A program made the position numbers and the translations under genes. A stretch of DNA of 64,000 nt, taken from assembly GCA_950097015.1 (NCBI GenBank), contig CATNEN010000001.1, positions 6,324,001-6,388,000 on the forward strand, read 5' to 3'. Position 1 is the first letter of the stretch; the number at the start of each line of letters is the position of its first letter. Positions 26,401-38,200 of the stretch are shown here, one piece after another. The notes below the pieces were generated by a model. The model was given only the letters and a program-made list of their open reading frames with translations, searched no databases and had not been told where the DNA came from. Source of the DNA: Macrostomum hystrix (Eukaryota; Animalia; Platyhelminthes).

Positions 26401-29239
26401 GATTACCTGTAGAAATCTAAAGAACAGTAAGGTGGAAGAGGAGTAGACCGATTGGGTACTCAATATAGCAGTCTGTGTGCCGAACAGCGCAGTCTATATT
26501 TAAATAAAACTACAGCCGGTACAGCCGCCCACACATTGGCTAACTTTAGAACTACACGCGCACACAAGAACTGCTACAACTGCCGTGATTATTATTCTAG
26601 CAGCGAGTATTTTCTGTTTAGCGACAATTGTACAATAATTGGTTGAGCAGTTGTCGCGATTAGAGAAACATCTATATGAAAAGCAGACTACAGCCAACCA
26701 GTAAGGCACTGCAGGTCACTACAATTTTCATACAAAGCAATCGCATGCGAACTTCTCATTGCCTGTGTGACTCGCGTGCTTCGCGGCAACTGTGACAGCA
26801 TCCGGTTTGGGTTGCATAACACAGCTGACTGAGAGCTATGCCATTCAAAGGCCTGTGCCGCAGGTCTGGCAGCAAGGACAGCGCCACCAAAGAGTCACAT
26901 TCGTCATCTCCAGCTGTATCCATCAGCAGTCATAGCAGTAGTAGTGCCAGACAGCAGAACCATCCACCGCCGTCATTGCGTCCAATTCAACGTCCGCCGC
27001 CTCTGCAGCTACCAATTTCCATTCCCATTGTTGTTGAACAATTCCTAGACGATAATGATGATGCGCAAAACAACTCTTGTAGCGATGTTACCTTCTCTGT
27101 CACGGATATGTCGGCTTTGTCGAATGATTCAGAAGTCCTTGCCGCTGTTGCTATCGGAGCTACTGGCACAGCAGGTACTCGATTAACGGCACCCGCAGCC
27201 AATAGTCTGTTAGGCAAGCATCGATCTAATAGCTACGATGCAACCGGAGTAGACTGCGTGGCAGTTCCCGGATCCGTAAGTGGTGTCTACCTGGAAGAAA
27301 TGTCGACAGCTTCTACAAGCGGAGCGCCGAATTCTCCTGACGATAATAGCCAGAATGTCAGGGGCAGTCCTTCGTCACCAAGTCGCGGAGCCGATGCACA
27401 GAATCGCTTCTTTATTAACAAACTTTCGCTGCCAAGTTTTCATAGAAAACGCGGCCGATCGCTGGAGATTCCAAGGGTTTGCGTTCACTGCGCCTGCCTG
27501 GAGGAACTGGCTTCCAGGCGAGCAGCTGCTGGCACCGATGACGAAGCCACTAATCAGAGCATTCCGGGCAGTGTGGACGACGATTCTGACCACTCTGAAA
27601 TAGATCATTCCGATGCTGCGTTGTCTTCATCCTCTTCGAATTCTTCCATCAGCACTGGGCCTGCTCAGCTCCGTCCAATAGCGGAAGCTGGAAGCCATTT
27701 CCTTCAAGTTCCCAGCGCACTTCCACCCGGCTTTCGATCCAGCTCCTTGGACAATCCGCGTTGGGGCGGCTCATCCGGTTCTGGAGGCGCCAGTCCGTCC
27801 AGCGTCGCAGCTCGTTCGCCAACATCGCCAGGATCGAAGAGAAGGCCGATGCTAGGCGAAATTGGCAGCAGCAGCAGAGGCTGTAGCGCTGCCGCTACAG
27901 CTGGAAAACAGCGCGCTTCATCCTTTGACATTTCCGCCTGGTCTCTGCGACGGCGACTGTCGTGAGTTGCGATTTGTGTGAAACTATTAAACTAGGACCA
28001 TGAGTTGGCCAACTCCGGTGCGCGGGCCAAGCACAGTCCGCAAAGCTCCTCGATCCGGTTCATTTAAAATACTCCGTGTCTTACCTCTTCCCGTGTCTCA
28101 TCTCTCCCCGTGTCTCACCTCTCCCGTGTCTCATCTCTCCCGTGTCTCATCTCTCCCCGTATCTCACCTCTCCCGTGTCTCATCTCTCCCCGTGTCTCAC
28201 CTCTCCCGTGTCTCATCTCTTCTGTGTCTCATCTCTCCCGTGTCTCATCTCTCCCCGTGTCTCATCTCTCCCCGTGTCTCATCTCTCTCGTGTTTCATCT
28301 CTCCCCGTGTTTTATCTCTTCTGTGTCTCATCTCTCCCGTGTCTCATTTCTTCCCTTTTCTCATCTCTTCCCGAGTTTCATATCTTCTTCTGTTTCATCT
28401 CTCTTCTGTCAAGTCGGCCCACTTTCGTCTTTTTGACTCTAGACTGCCCGAGATGTAAATATGCTTACCGACCAGAATCATGCTACTACAGTTCCTTGAA
28501 AGAAATAGATAAGAAAAATTTTAATTGGAATTCAGGCCTATGATTGGACTAACTCATGCATTAAAGATAAATAACAAAATCAATTATTTTTAACAATGAA
28601 CTCCTGCCACACTCTATTGAGCATCTTATTTGCGCCTTGTTCGAATCGAGCACCTTGACCTTTGCGAAGCAAGTCAAGCGGTCGGCATGGTTAAACACTG
28701 AGAGGCACAAGCTTCCCCTGATGAAGAAAAACACTGGAGAAAAATAGCCGGTCCTCTGGTTTATTTTTGTTGTTAGTTTTCGGCCGAGGTTAGCAACTGA
28801 CCACCTCCGTCTGACCCCAGTTTAGTCATGCTTTTGTGCGAATTTGTCGCCCCTGACTCTCGCTGATTTGATATATTGCTTATAGCGGGTCCAGGCAGAA
28901 GAATTAAGCATGGAATTTAGGGGATAATATTAGTTGCTTGCGATCGCACCTTGCAAGGTTAAACATTCTCTCACTTTTTGTTCGGTTGCGCGTCAATTCC
29001 CCACGCCGTCCTAAAGAGTGGTGGGTAGTGCATGAAATCCGCGCCGCTCCTATGCACCGCAGTTTGGGGGGAAATAATCCCCTATGTCTGGCTGCATCGT
29101 CTGTCTTTCCTTTCCGTTCACCCCGTGCCCCCTCCCCCTGTTTTCTATCGAAGCTCTCTGTTACCTGCGCTAGTTGCTAACGCTTCATCGCATTATTTTT
29201 CTGCTTTACTTCTATACTAATGCGACTGCAACAGATCTA

Positions 29240-29274
<35 letters not shown>

Positions 29275-32200
29275 CATTGAACAAGTGCTCGGAACTATTT
29301 AGATCCCCCGTCTCACATTTCTGTCACTCCATTCCTCTGTTTTCTAAGCCTGCATAATGACTCACGGTTGAGAGAATCCGAGTCCTTCAATCGATGCCTT
29401 GCTAAATTATTCGGGATGCCACTGCATGGACAAATACTAGGTGCGTCTGCAAAATTATTTTCCACTTTTTTTCTTTTCCATAACCTTCTTCTATTAGAAT
29501 TGGGGTTCGAACTCTATGAATGATATCAAATAATTTTGTCTGCATAGACTAATTGAAAATAGGTGTTTCCTTTCTTCGCCTATTTTTTACGGGTTAGACT
29601 CTAGACGGTAGCTTTGGTGCACAGAATTCAATAAAATCTCATGTGCGAATCCAGAAGTGCGTCGTTTTTTAACAATTCACGCTTTTACGCAGATTTGTTT
29701 GTTATCAGATCGTTATAACGAGCTAGTTTGTCTAAATTTAATCCTTAGGAATTTATAATATATTATTTATATTTGTTCACCTGAAACAGATAATCATTTT
29801 ATCTTTTCTATCGATCTTGATTTCTAAATAGATCCTTAATACACCAACAGAACCCAAGACACCAAGAGATTTATTATTATTACTTGATGATTATGAGTAA
29901 GTAAGCAAAAAATTGATCTGGAGATTCTGCAAAAAAGCGGCAGCATTGTGAGGCCCGTGTCTGTAGGGAAATACAATATAAAAGGATTTGGGATCAGATG
30001 GGAAGCAGAGGCTACAAACAGGGGATCTGAAGTTACTCAACGATTCACTATTATTTTTTCTGTTCTGGCGATGCACTCGTGTTGTAAGCTCAGTTCTGCT
30101 CTCACGAAATAATCCATCAACTATCCGATAAAATTATCTCTGCATTTTTTGTCCAACTTGGAACGACAACTCACCGCCTGAGCTGGATGCTTGCCAAATG
30201 CCCAACTTCAAAGCAATTGTTCCCTTTTTTGTAAGCGTTTGAGTAGACATACGCTTTGATACTAGAGTAGTAGCAAGAAAACGGAATTATAAATTACAGT
30301 GCCAACTGAACTGCCATCGAATTCAGTGATGCCATGTCAATCTTGGCGCTAATCTCAACTGATCAAAGCCAGATATAAAGCAAAAGTGCTCCTTTGCAGT
30401 GCGATTGCAAATACCTATACTAGCTTTCCTTGACTTCTTTAGAGATTCTGAAGAACTGAAGCTGACACCTTGAAATATGTAGCTCGTATTTGAGACCCTG
30501 AAGAACTGAAGCTGAGACCCTGAAGAACTGAAATTGAGACCCTGAAGAACTGAAGCTGAGACATTGAAGAACTGATGCTGCGACCTTGAAGAACTGAAGC
30601 TGAGATCTTGAAGAACTGAAGCTGAGACCTTGATGAAGAACTGAAATTGAGACCCTGAAGAACTGAAGCTCAGACATTGAAGAACTGAAGGAGAGACTTC
30701 TGATGAACTGAAGGAGAGACTTCTGATGAACTGAAGCTGAGACATTGAAGAACTGAAGCTGAGACATTGATGAAGAACTGAAGCTGAGATCTTGAAGAAC
30801 TGAAGCTGAGACCTTGAAGAACTGAAGCTGAGACCTTGAAGAACTGAAGCTGAGACCTTGAAGAACTGAAGCTGAGACCTTGAAGAACTGAAGCTGAGAC
30901 CTTGAAGAACTGAAGCTGAGATCTTGAAGAACTGAAGCTGAGACCTTGAAATATGTATTTGAGACCTGAAGTACTGAAGTCGAGACCCTTAAGATCTGAA
31001 GTTGAGACCTTAAAAAACTTAAACTAAGACCCTTAAGATCTGGTTAAGAATGCCATGGAGATCTAGTTGAAGAGGCCACGAAGATTGGGCTGAAGATCTG
31101 GCCATTATGCACGCGCTGCTTTTCCAAGAAACCATGCAGCAACGCGAAATATCTAAAACTTTCGCATCAAGCCCTGCATACATTTATGTAGGATGATTTT
31201 TCAAGTCAGTCTTGCAACACCTTCTCCTCTCCCAAGAGCATGTGGATGCCATTGTGAGGTATTGATTTTGTTTCACAAGTTTTCTCGCCCTGACTTTTCT
31301 GACTGCAGGAATCTTTAAAAGATAGTTGAAATGCGTGATACTCAAGAAGCCTTCTTAACACCTCTCTCTTCTTGTCTCTCGCTTGTCTTGCTTTAAGTCA
31401 AAAGTTTCTGAGTAAAGTGTTTCCACTCAGAGCACTTTCTATTGCACTTTTTGTTACTGAACTAATACATAATATTAGCTTTGTATGACAGCAGTTTGTT
31501 TTTAGAGCGTCGGACTCACAAAGGTCGGGGGTTCGATTCCCGACTCAACTTTGTGTCCTTTAGCAAGACACCTTAATCTACATTGCTTCATTTCACCCAG
31601 CTGTTAAATGGGAGCAGCATTAGCTGGGGTAATTGAGGGTGGGTGTGGCGTAGCCACTGTCCATGGACTGAACAGCTGTACGCAGCCTTCAGATGCGCCG
31701 CGTAATACCTCCGACTGTGCTGTCGGCTGCACATGTAACGTGCTTAGTCAGTTAACGATTACTATTGCTATAGTTCATCCACTTTATTGTAGGGCGCTAA
31801 AACTAGGGCGCTAAAAATTTTCATAGTAAAATAGTTCGCAATTCTATAGAAACAACATTCTATATCCAATTCCTAGGCATTTGTTTATATTGATTCGCTA
31901 CCTACCCGTCTGAGATTAGTCAAACGATTTTCTCTAATTAATTCATTGAGCAGCTAGTCCCAACATAAGAGGTCTCTCTCACTCTCTTTCCTAACAAAAA
32001 ATATATGCATTTGGTTTTTTTCCTATTTATCCCAAATTATGCTAACATGATTTATGATGCTTTGATGTGAGCTAAAAATGTGTGTTTCTGTTTCCAATTA
32101 TTGTTCGATGCAAAGATAATTCCGTTTCTGTTTAGATGCCTAAATTTATGATTCTCTTTCGTTTTTCGAAAAAGTACTTTTACAATTCGATTCTCACAAG

Positions 32201-35200
32201 AGCGCAAAATTTGATTTCTTTCCATCAGGAAATCTGCAGCCTCCGCCGCAGGCCCCAGTACCAGCTGTTTGCTGCACCCCAGTCACGCCGAGTTTGGCTA
32301 TCAACCCGCCAAGTCTTGGAAGAACTCCGTTGATTGGACGGTGAGCTGTTGGGGATCGACCTAATGACTGATTGAGTTTATGACCAATCTAATGACTGGT
32401 TGAGTTTATGTCCGACCTAATGACTGATTGAGTTTATGACCAATCTAATGACTGGTTGAGTTTATGTCCGACCTAATGACTGATTGAGTTTATGACCAAT
32501 CTAATGACTGGTTGAGTTTATGTCCGACCTAATGACTGATTGAGTTTATGTCCGACCTAATGACTGATTGAGTTTATGACCAATCTAATGACTGATTGAG
32601 TTTATGACCAATCTAATGACTGATTGAGTTTATGACCAATCTAATGACTGATTGAGTTTATGACCAATCTAATGACTGATTGAGTTTATGACCAATCTAA
32701 TGAATGATTGAGTTTATGACCGACTTGATGACTGATTGAGTTTATGACCAATCTAATGACTGATTGAGTTTATGACCAATCTAATGAATGATTGAGTTTA
32801 TGACCGACTTGCTGACTGATTGAGTTTATGACCAATCTAATGACTGATTGAGTTTATGACCAATCTAATGAATGATTGAGTTTATGACCGACTTGATGAC
32901 TGATTGAGTTTATGACCAATCTAATGAATGATTGAGTTTATGACCGAACTAATGACTGATTGAGTTTATAACTGTCTCATCTATACAAAAACATTGGCTT
33001 TTCAAAAAATGCTGACATTATTTTGTTCAGAAATACAAAGATTTCGTTACAAAAAAAATCCGCTACAGGACTCAGCAGTCAACGGTGAGCACAGCTGGAT
33101 TGACACGGGAGCTAGTGGCGATTTCTGCTACGTTGGCGAGTCCGATTGTTGTGTAAGTTGAATAAAGAAGAATAAGGGTTTTCGGTTTCTTAACAGAATT
33201 TTGTATAAAAATTTCCTTGTTTTAAAATGCAGAAATCTGGCAGCAAGAAGAAATGCACAGCCTGCAAGATTATCATTCACACCGGATGCTTTGCTCAGCT
33301 GGAAAAGGTGAGCCTGCTTAACTCTTGGAGTAGTTGGGGGAAGACTGGATAGTGTGTAGGATGTTAGATAAGTAGCTTGGGAAGTAGATTAAAGAATGTG
33401 GAAGTAGATTAGAGATCTGGAAAATAGATCTGAGATTGTGGAAGTAGATTAGAGACTGGGGAAGTAGATTAGCGGTTGAGGAAGCAGATATAGATTGATG
33501 AAGCAGATATAGATTGGCGAAGTAGATTAGAGACTGGGGAAGTAGATTAGCGATTGAGGAAGTAGATTAGAGATTGAGGAAGTAGATTAGAGACTGGGGA
33601 AGTAGATTAGAGACTGGGGAAGTAGATTAGAGACTGGGGAAGTAGATTAGCGTTTGAGGAAGTAGATTAGCGATTGAGGAAGTAGATTAGCGATTGAGGA
33701 AGTAGATTAGCGATTGAGGAAGTAGATTAGCGATTGAGGAAGTAGATTAGCGATTGAGGAAGTAGATTAGCGATTGGGGAAGTAGATTAGCGATTGAGGA
33801 AGTAGATTAGCGATTGGGGAAGTAGATTAGAGACTGGGGAAGTAGATTAGCGATTGAGGAAGTAGATTAGCGATTGAGGAAGTAGATTAGCGATTGTGGA
33901 AGTAGATTAGAGATTGGGGAAGTAGATTAGCGATTGAGGAAGTAGATTAGCGATTGGGGAAGTAGATTAGAGACTGGGGAAGTAGATTAGCGATTGGGGA
34001 AGTAGATTAGCGATTTGGGAAGTAGATTAGCGATTGAGGAAGTAGATTAGAGATTGGGGAAGTAGATTAGCGATTGGGGAAGTAGATTAGAGATTGGGGA
34101 AGTAGATTAGCGATTGGGGAAGTAGATTAGAGACTGGGGAAGTAGATTAGAGATTGAGGAAGTAGATTAGCGATTGGGGAAGTAGATTAGAGATTGAGGA
34201 AGCAGATTAGAGATCGGGGAAGTAGATTAGCGATTGAGGAAGTAGATTAGAGATTGAGGAAGCAGATTAGAGATTGGGGAAGTAGATTAGCGACTGGGAA
34301 AGTAGATTAGAGACTGGGGAAGTAGATTAGAGATTGAGGAACTAGATTAGCGATTGAGGAAGTAGATTAGCGATTGAGGAAGTAGATTAGAGATTGAGGA
34401 AGCAGATTAGACATTGGGGAAGTAGATTAGAGACTGGGGAAGTAGATTAGAGACTGGGGAAGTAGATTAGAGACTGGGGAAGTAGATTAGAGATTGAGGA
34501 AGCAGATTAGAGATTGGGGAAGTAGATTAGAGACTGGGGAAGTAGATTAGAGACTGGGGAAGTAGATTAGAGATTGAGGAAGTAGATTAGAGACTGGGGA
34601 AGTAAGTGCTATGTATGCAAGAAGAATCATTCACATTATATAAACTTGAAAAGGTAATTAAGGCCTAAAAAGGTGTTGCTTTTCTTGCTTAAAAGTGAAG
34701 AAAAAGCTCAAGGTTTTGAAAGCGCGAAAGTGCTATATGTTAATTATCCGGTCAAATCCTTTCGTTACATTGCTAGGAAAATCGATAACTACCTGGCACG
34801 AGAAAAAGCAATAGCAAGGAAGTGTGACTTAGAAAAATAAGTTAGCCATGCAAATTGGTTAGTTAAAGCTGATCGATAACTGGCTTAGCCGCGCATAGCA
34901 ACTAGTGTGACGACCGTCTAAATGGAGCAAGTTTGTTTGCTCCATCGGAACTAAAATATTATTTGCAACGCGCTTGTTTCATTCACTGTCAGGGAATTTT
35001 TTGCCAACAGGTGGGTCGGGTCAATTTTTCGACTCGTTTAGTCTGCTCTCTCTCCCTCTCCCTCTCCTCTCTCTCCTCTTTCTCCCCTCTTCCCTCTCCT
35101 TTTTCTCTCCCTCTCCCTCTCCTCTCTCTCCTCTTTCTCACTTCTTCCGTCTCTACTCTTCAGTCTCTTTGTCCCATCTCTCTCCCTTTCTCCACTTCTC

Positions 35201-38200
35201 TCCCCCCTGTTTCTTTCTCTCTCTCTCTCTGCCTCAACCCAGAGAAGTGAGCATGCTTGATAATCAGTTTTCCCATTTCGTTAGTTAGCCTTGTAAACGC
35301 GCGCGATGACAATAATTCCCGGTTGCTAAGGAAAGCAAATCCGCCATTTCGGTGGTGAGGAGAATTTCTCCAAAAGTGGGAAAAACTAGCTGCCTGTGCA
35401 AATTCTTGGCAATCTCTCTTTACCAGCGAATTGGGGATCGCATTTCGCCCGGAATGCATTGAGAGTGACGGGATTGAATTTCTTTTTATCCAACATGTTT
35501 GCACAATGGCCATCTACTTTTTTCATCTATTTCCGTTGCTCCATCTTTGTATGCTTTTTCATGAACAAAATCTGCGTGTTTTTAATGCGAACTTTCTTTT
35601 TTTCTCCCACTTTGTCGTCTTATTTAACGGGTTGTGATGATCTTAACTATGTGAACTTTTATCAAGGCACTCTAGGAACCTAGAATCTGTATTCGTTACT
35701 TATAAGTTATTTTCTCGTTACTTTTTATTTTTGGGGCATCTCTTCGTTTTTAAGGCCTCGTTTCTTAATCTTCAGGACCTCATTCCTAAACTTCAGGGCC
35801 TCGTTTCTGACTCTTCAGGGCCTCATTTCTAAAAATTCATAGCCTTTTTTCTGAATCTTCAGGGCCTCGTTTCGGAAACTTCATGGCCTTGTTTCTGAAT
35901 CTTCAGGGCCTTGTTTCTGAATCTTCAGGGCCTCGTTTCTAAATCTTCAGGACCTCGTTTCTGTAACTCTAGGGCCTCGTTTCTAAATCTTCAGGACCTC
36001 CTTTCTAAATCTTCAGGACCTCGTTTCTGTAACTCTAGGGCCTCGTTTCTGAATCTTCACGGTCTTGTTTCTGAATCTTCAGGGCTTTGTTTCTGAATCT
36101 TCAGGGCCTTGTTTCTGAATCTTCAGTGTAAATTAATCCAATCTTCTAATCCAATTTTTCATGCTTCTGTCGTGAAGTTAGATTATCGATAAAGGCCATT
36201 GTACTTATATTTTTGTGAACGCTTTAGAATTTTTCGTTGTCAACTAACAGACCAAAGCTAATTTTTCCTATCCATTTAACCAGATTGCGTTCCGTTGTAA
36301 GCCAACATTCCGAGAAGCCAACTTAAAAAATTACCGCGACGGTCGTCACGGAGAGGTGATAATCGCAATGTCACTGTGCTCAGTTTTATCAGAACAAACA
36401 GTCTTACAGACTGTAAGAAACTAATGCCTAATAAATCACATTAACCTACCCTAACAATCAGCTGTTCATCAAACATCATTGGGTGCATCGCAGACGACAG
36501 GAGGGTAAATGCAAAGCATGCGGAAAGGTACTTGCACAATCATATTTGCAGCATCAATTTTACTACTATTACTTGAACAATCTGTTTGAATAACTCCTAT
36601 TGAATCTTTCAGTCATTCCAACAGAAGTTTCCATTCAACAACAAAGAGGTGATTGCCATCTCATGCAGCTGGTGCAAGGCGGCCTATCACAATAAGATCA
36701 ACTGTTTCATGATGCATTTAATTGAAGAGTCCTGCAATTTCGGTTCGCACGCATCCATCATTTTGCCACCGTCTTGGATTATCAAAGTGCCCGGCAAGGC
36801 TAAGAACCGCTTGTCAACTAGGAGGCGAAGCAGTCACGGCAAGACTTCGTTTAAGAGGCGTAAGTCTAAGTCTAGCCTGCAGGTGCCAGCCAATGTCGCG
36901 GCCGCAGCAGCCGCCCTTGACACCAGACAGAGCGGCGGCGGAAGTCCACCGAATGGTACTTCGCCGCAGGGTGCATCGGCAGCAGTTGCTGGCGTCAGTG
37001 CTAGTCCTTCTGGTGAGTAGGTTGAAGCCTAGTTGTAGTTCATTATGATTATTCTGGTGAGTAATCAGGAGAGCGGATCTCCTGACCACGGAGACAGCAT
37101 AATTTTTTAGGTTTAAGCTGAGAAAATGAGTGGCAGAGTAGTTAAAAGTGTTTGCTTCTAGCGCGAAGGTCCCTGAGTTCGATTCCGCGGCGAGGCCACA
37201 TTCATTTGGGGCGCAGCCGCGGAGAGAAGGCTTGGGGGCTTGTCGTGCAATTTATGTTTTTAAGGGCCAACCTCAAAGGCACAGTGACAGCGTACAACTG
37301 CCTGACGATGACAAAGTCAGGGCACATGTACGCAACTGTGTGGGCGTGTGCCTGTGTACGGTATCTGTGTGCGTGTGTGTGCTCAGGAGTCAGCGAAATG
37401 AGCAGAATTGCCCCCTCGCCGGCTGCGGATCTCTAGTGTCTCATCTCTCCCGTGTCTCATCTCTCCCGTGTCTCATCTCTCCCGTGTCTCATCTCTCCCG
37501 TGTCTCATCTCTCCCGTGTCTCATCTCTCCCGTGTCTCATCTCTCCCGTGTCTCATCTTTCCCGTGTCTCATCTTTCCCGTGTCTCATCTCTCCCGTGTC
37601 TCATCTCTACCGTGTCTCATCTCTCCCGTGTCTCATCTTTCCCGTGTCTCATCTTTCCCGTGTCTCATCTCTCCCGTGTCTCATCTCTCCCGAGTCACAT
37701 CTCTCCCGTGTCTCATCTCTCCCGTGTCTCATCTCTCCCCGTATCTCATCTCTCCCGTGTCTCATCTCTCCCGTGTCTCATCTCTCCCGTGTCTCATCTC
37801 TCCCGTGTCTCATCTCTCTCCCATGTCATATCTCTCCCGTGTCTCATCTCTCCCGTGTTTCATCTCTCCCGTGTCTCATCTCTCCCGTATCTCATCGCTC
37901 CCGTGTCTCATCTCTCTCCCCGTATCTCATCTCTCCCGTGTCTCATCTCTCCTGTGTCTCATCTGTCCCGTGTCTCATCTCTCCCGTGTCTCATCTCTCC
38001 CGTGTCTCATCTCTCCCGTGTCTCATCTCTCCCGTGTCTCATCTCTCCCGTGTCTCATCTCTCCCGTGTCTCATCTCTCCCGTGTCTCATCTCTCTTCCG
38101 TGTCTCATCTCTCTCCCGTGTCTCATCTCTCTCCCGTGTCTCATCTCTCCTGTGTCTCATCTGTCCCGTGTCTCATCTCTCCCGTGTCTCATCTCTCCCG

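Noticed and set aside
29349-29440. Possible extra DGK exon ending at G|GTGCGT
   Set aside because: The open frame ends in phase 1, and I found no compatible downstream exon before 32229; it could still be a non-coding exon.
31107-31258. Possible third first exon (MHALLFQ...VG-stop-FFKSVLQ...IVR, phase-2 donor)
   Set aside because: In-frame TGA in the middle, weak donor, no recognised homology.
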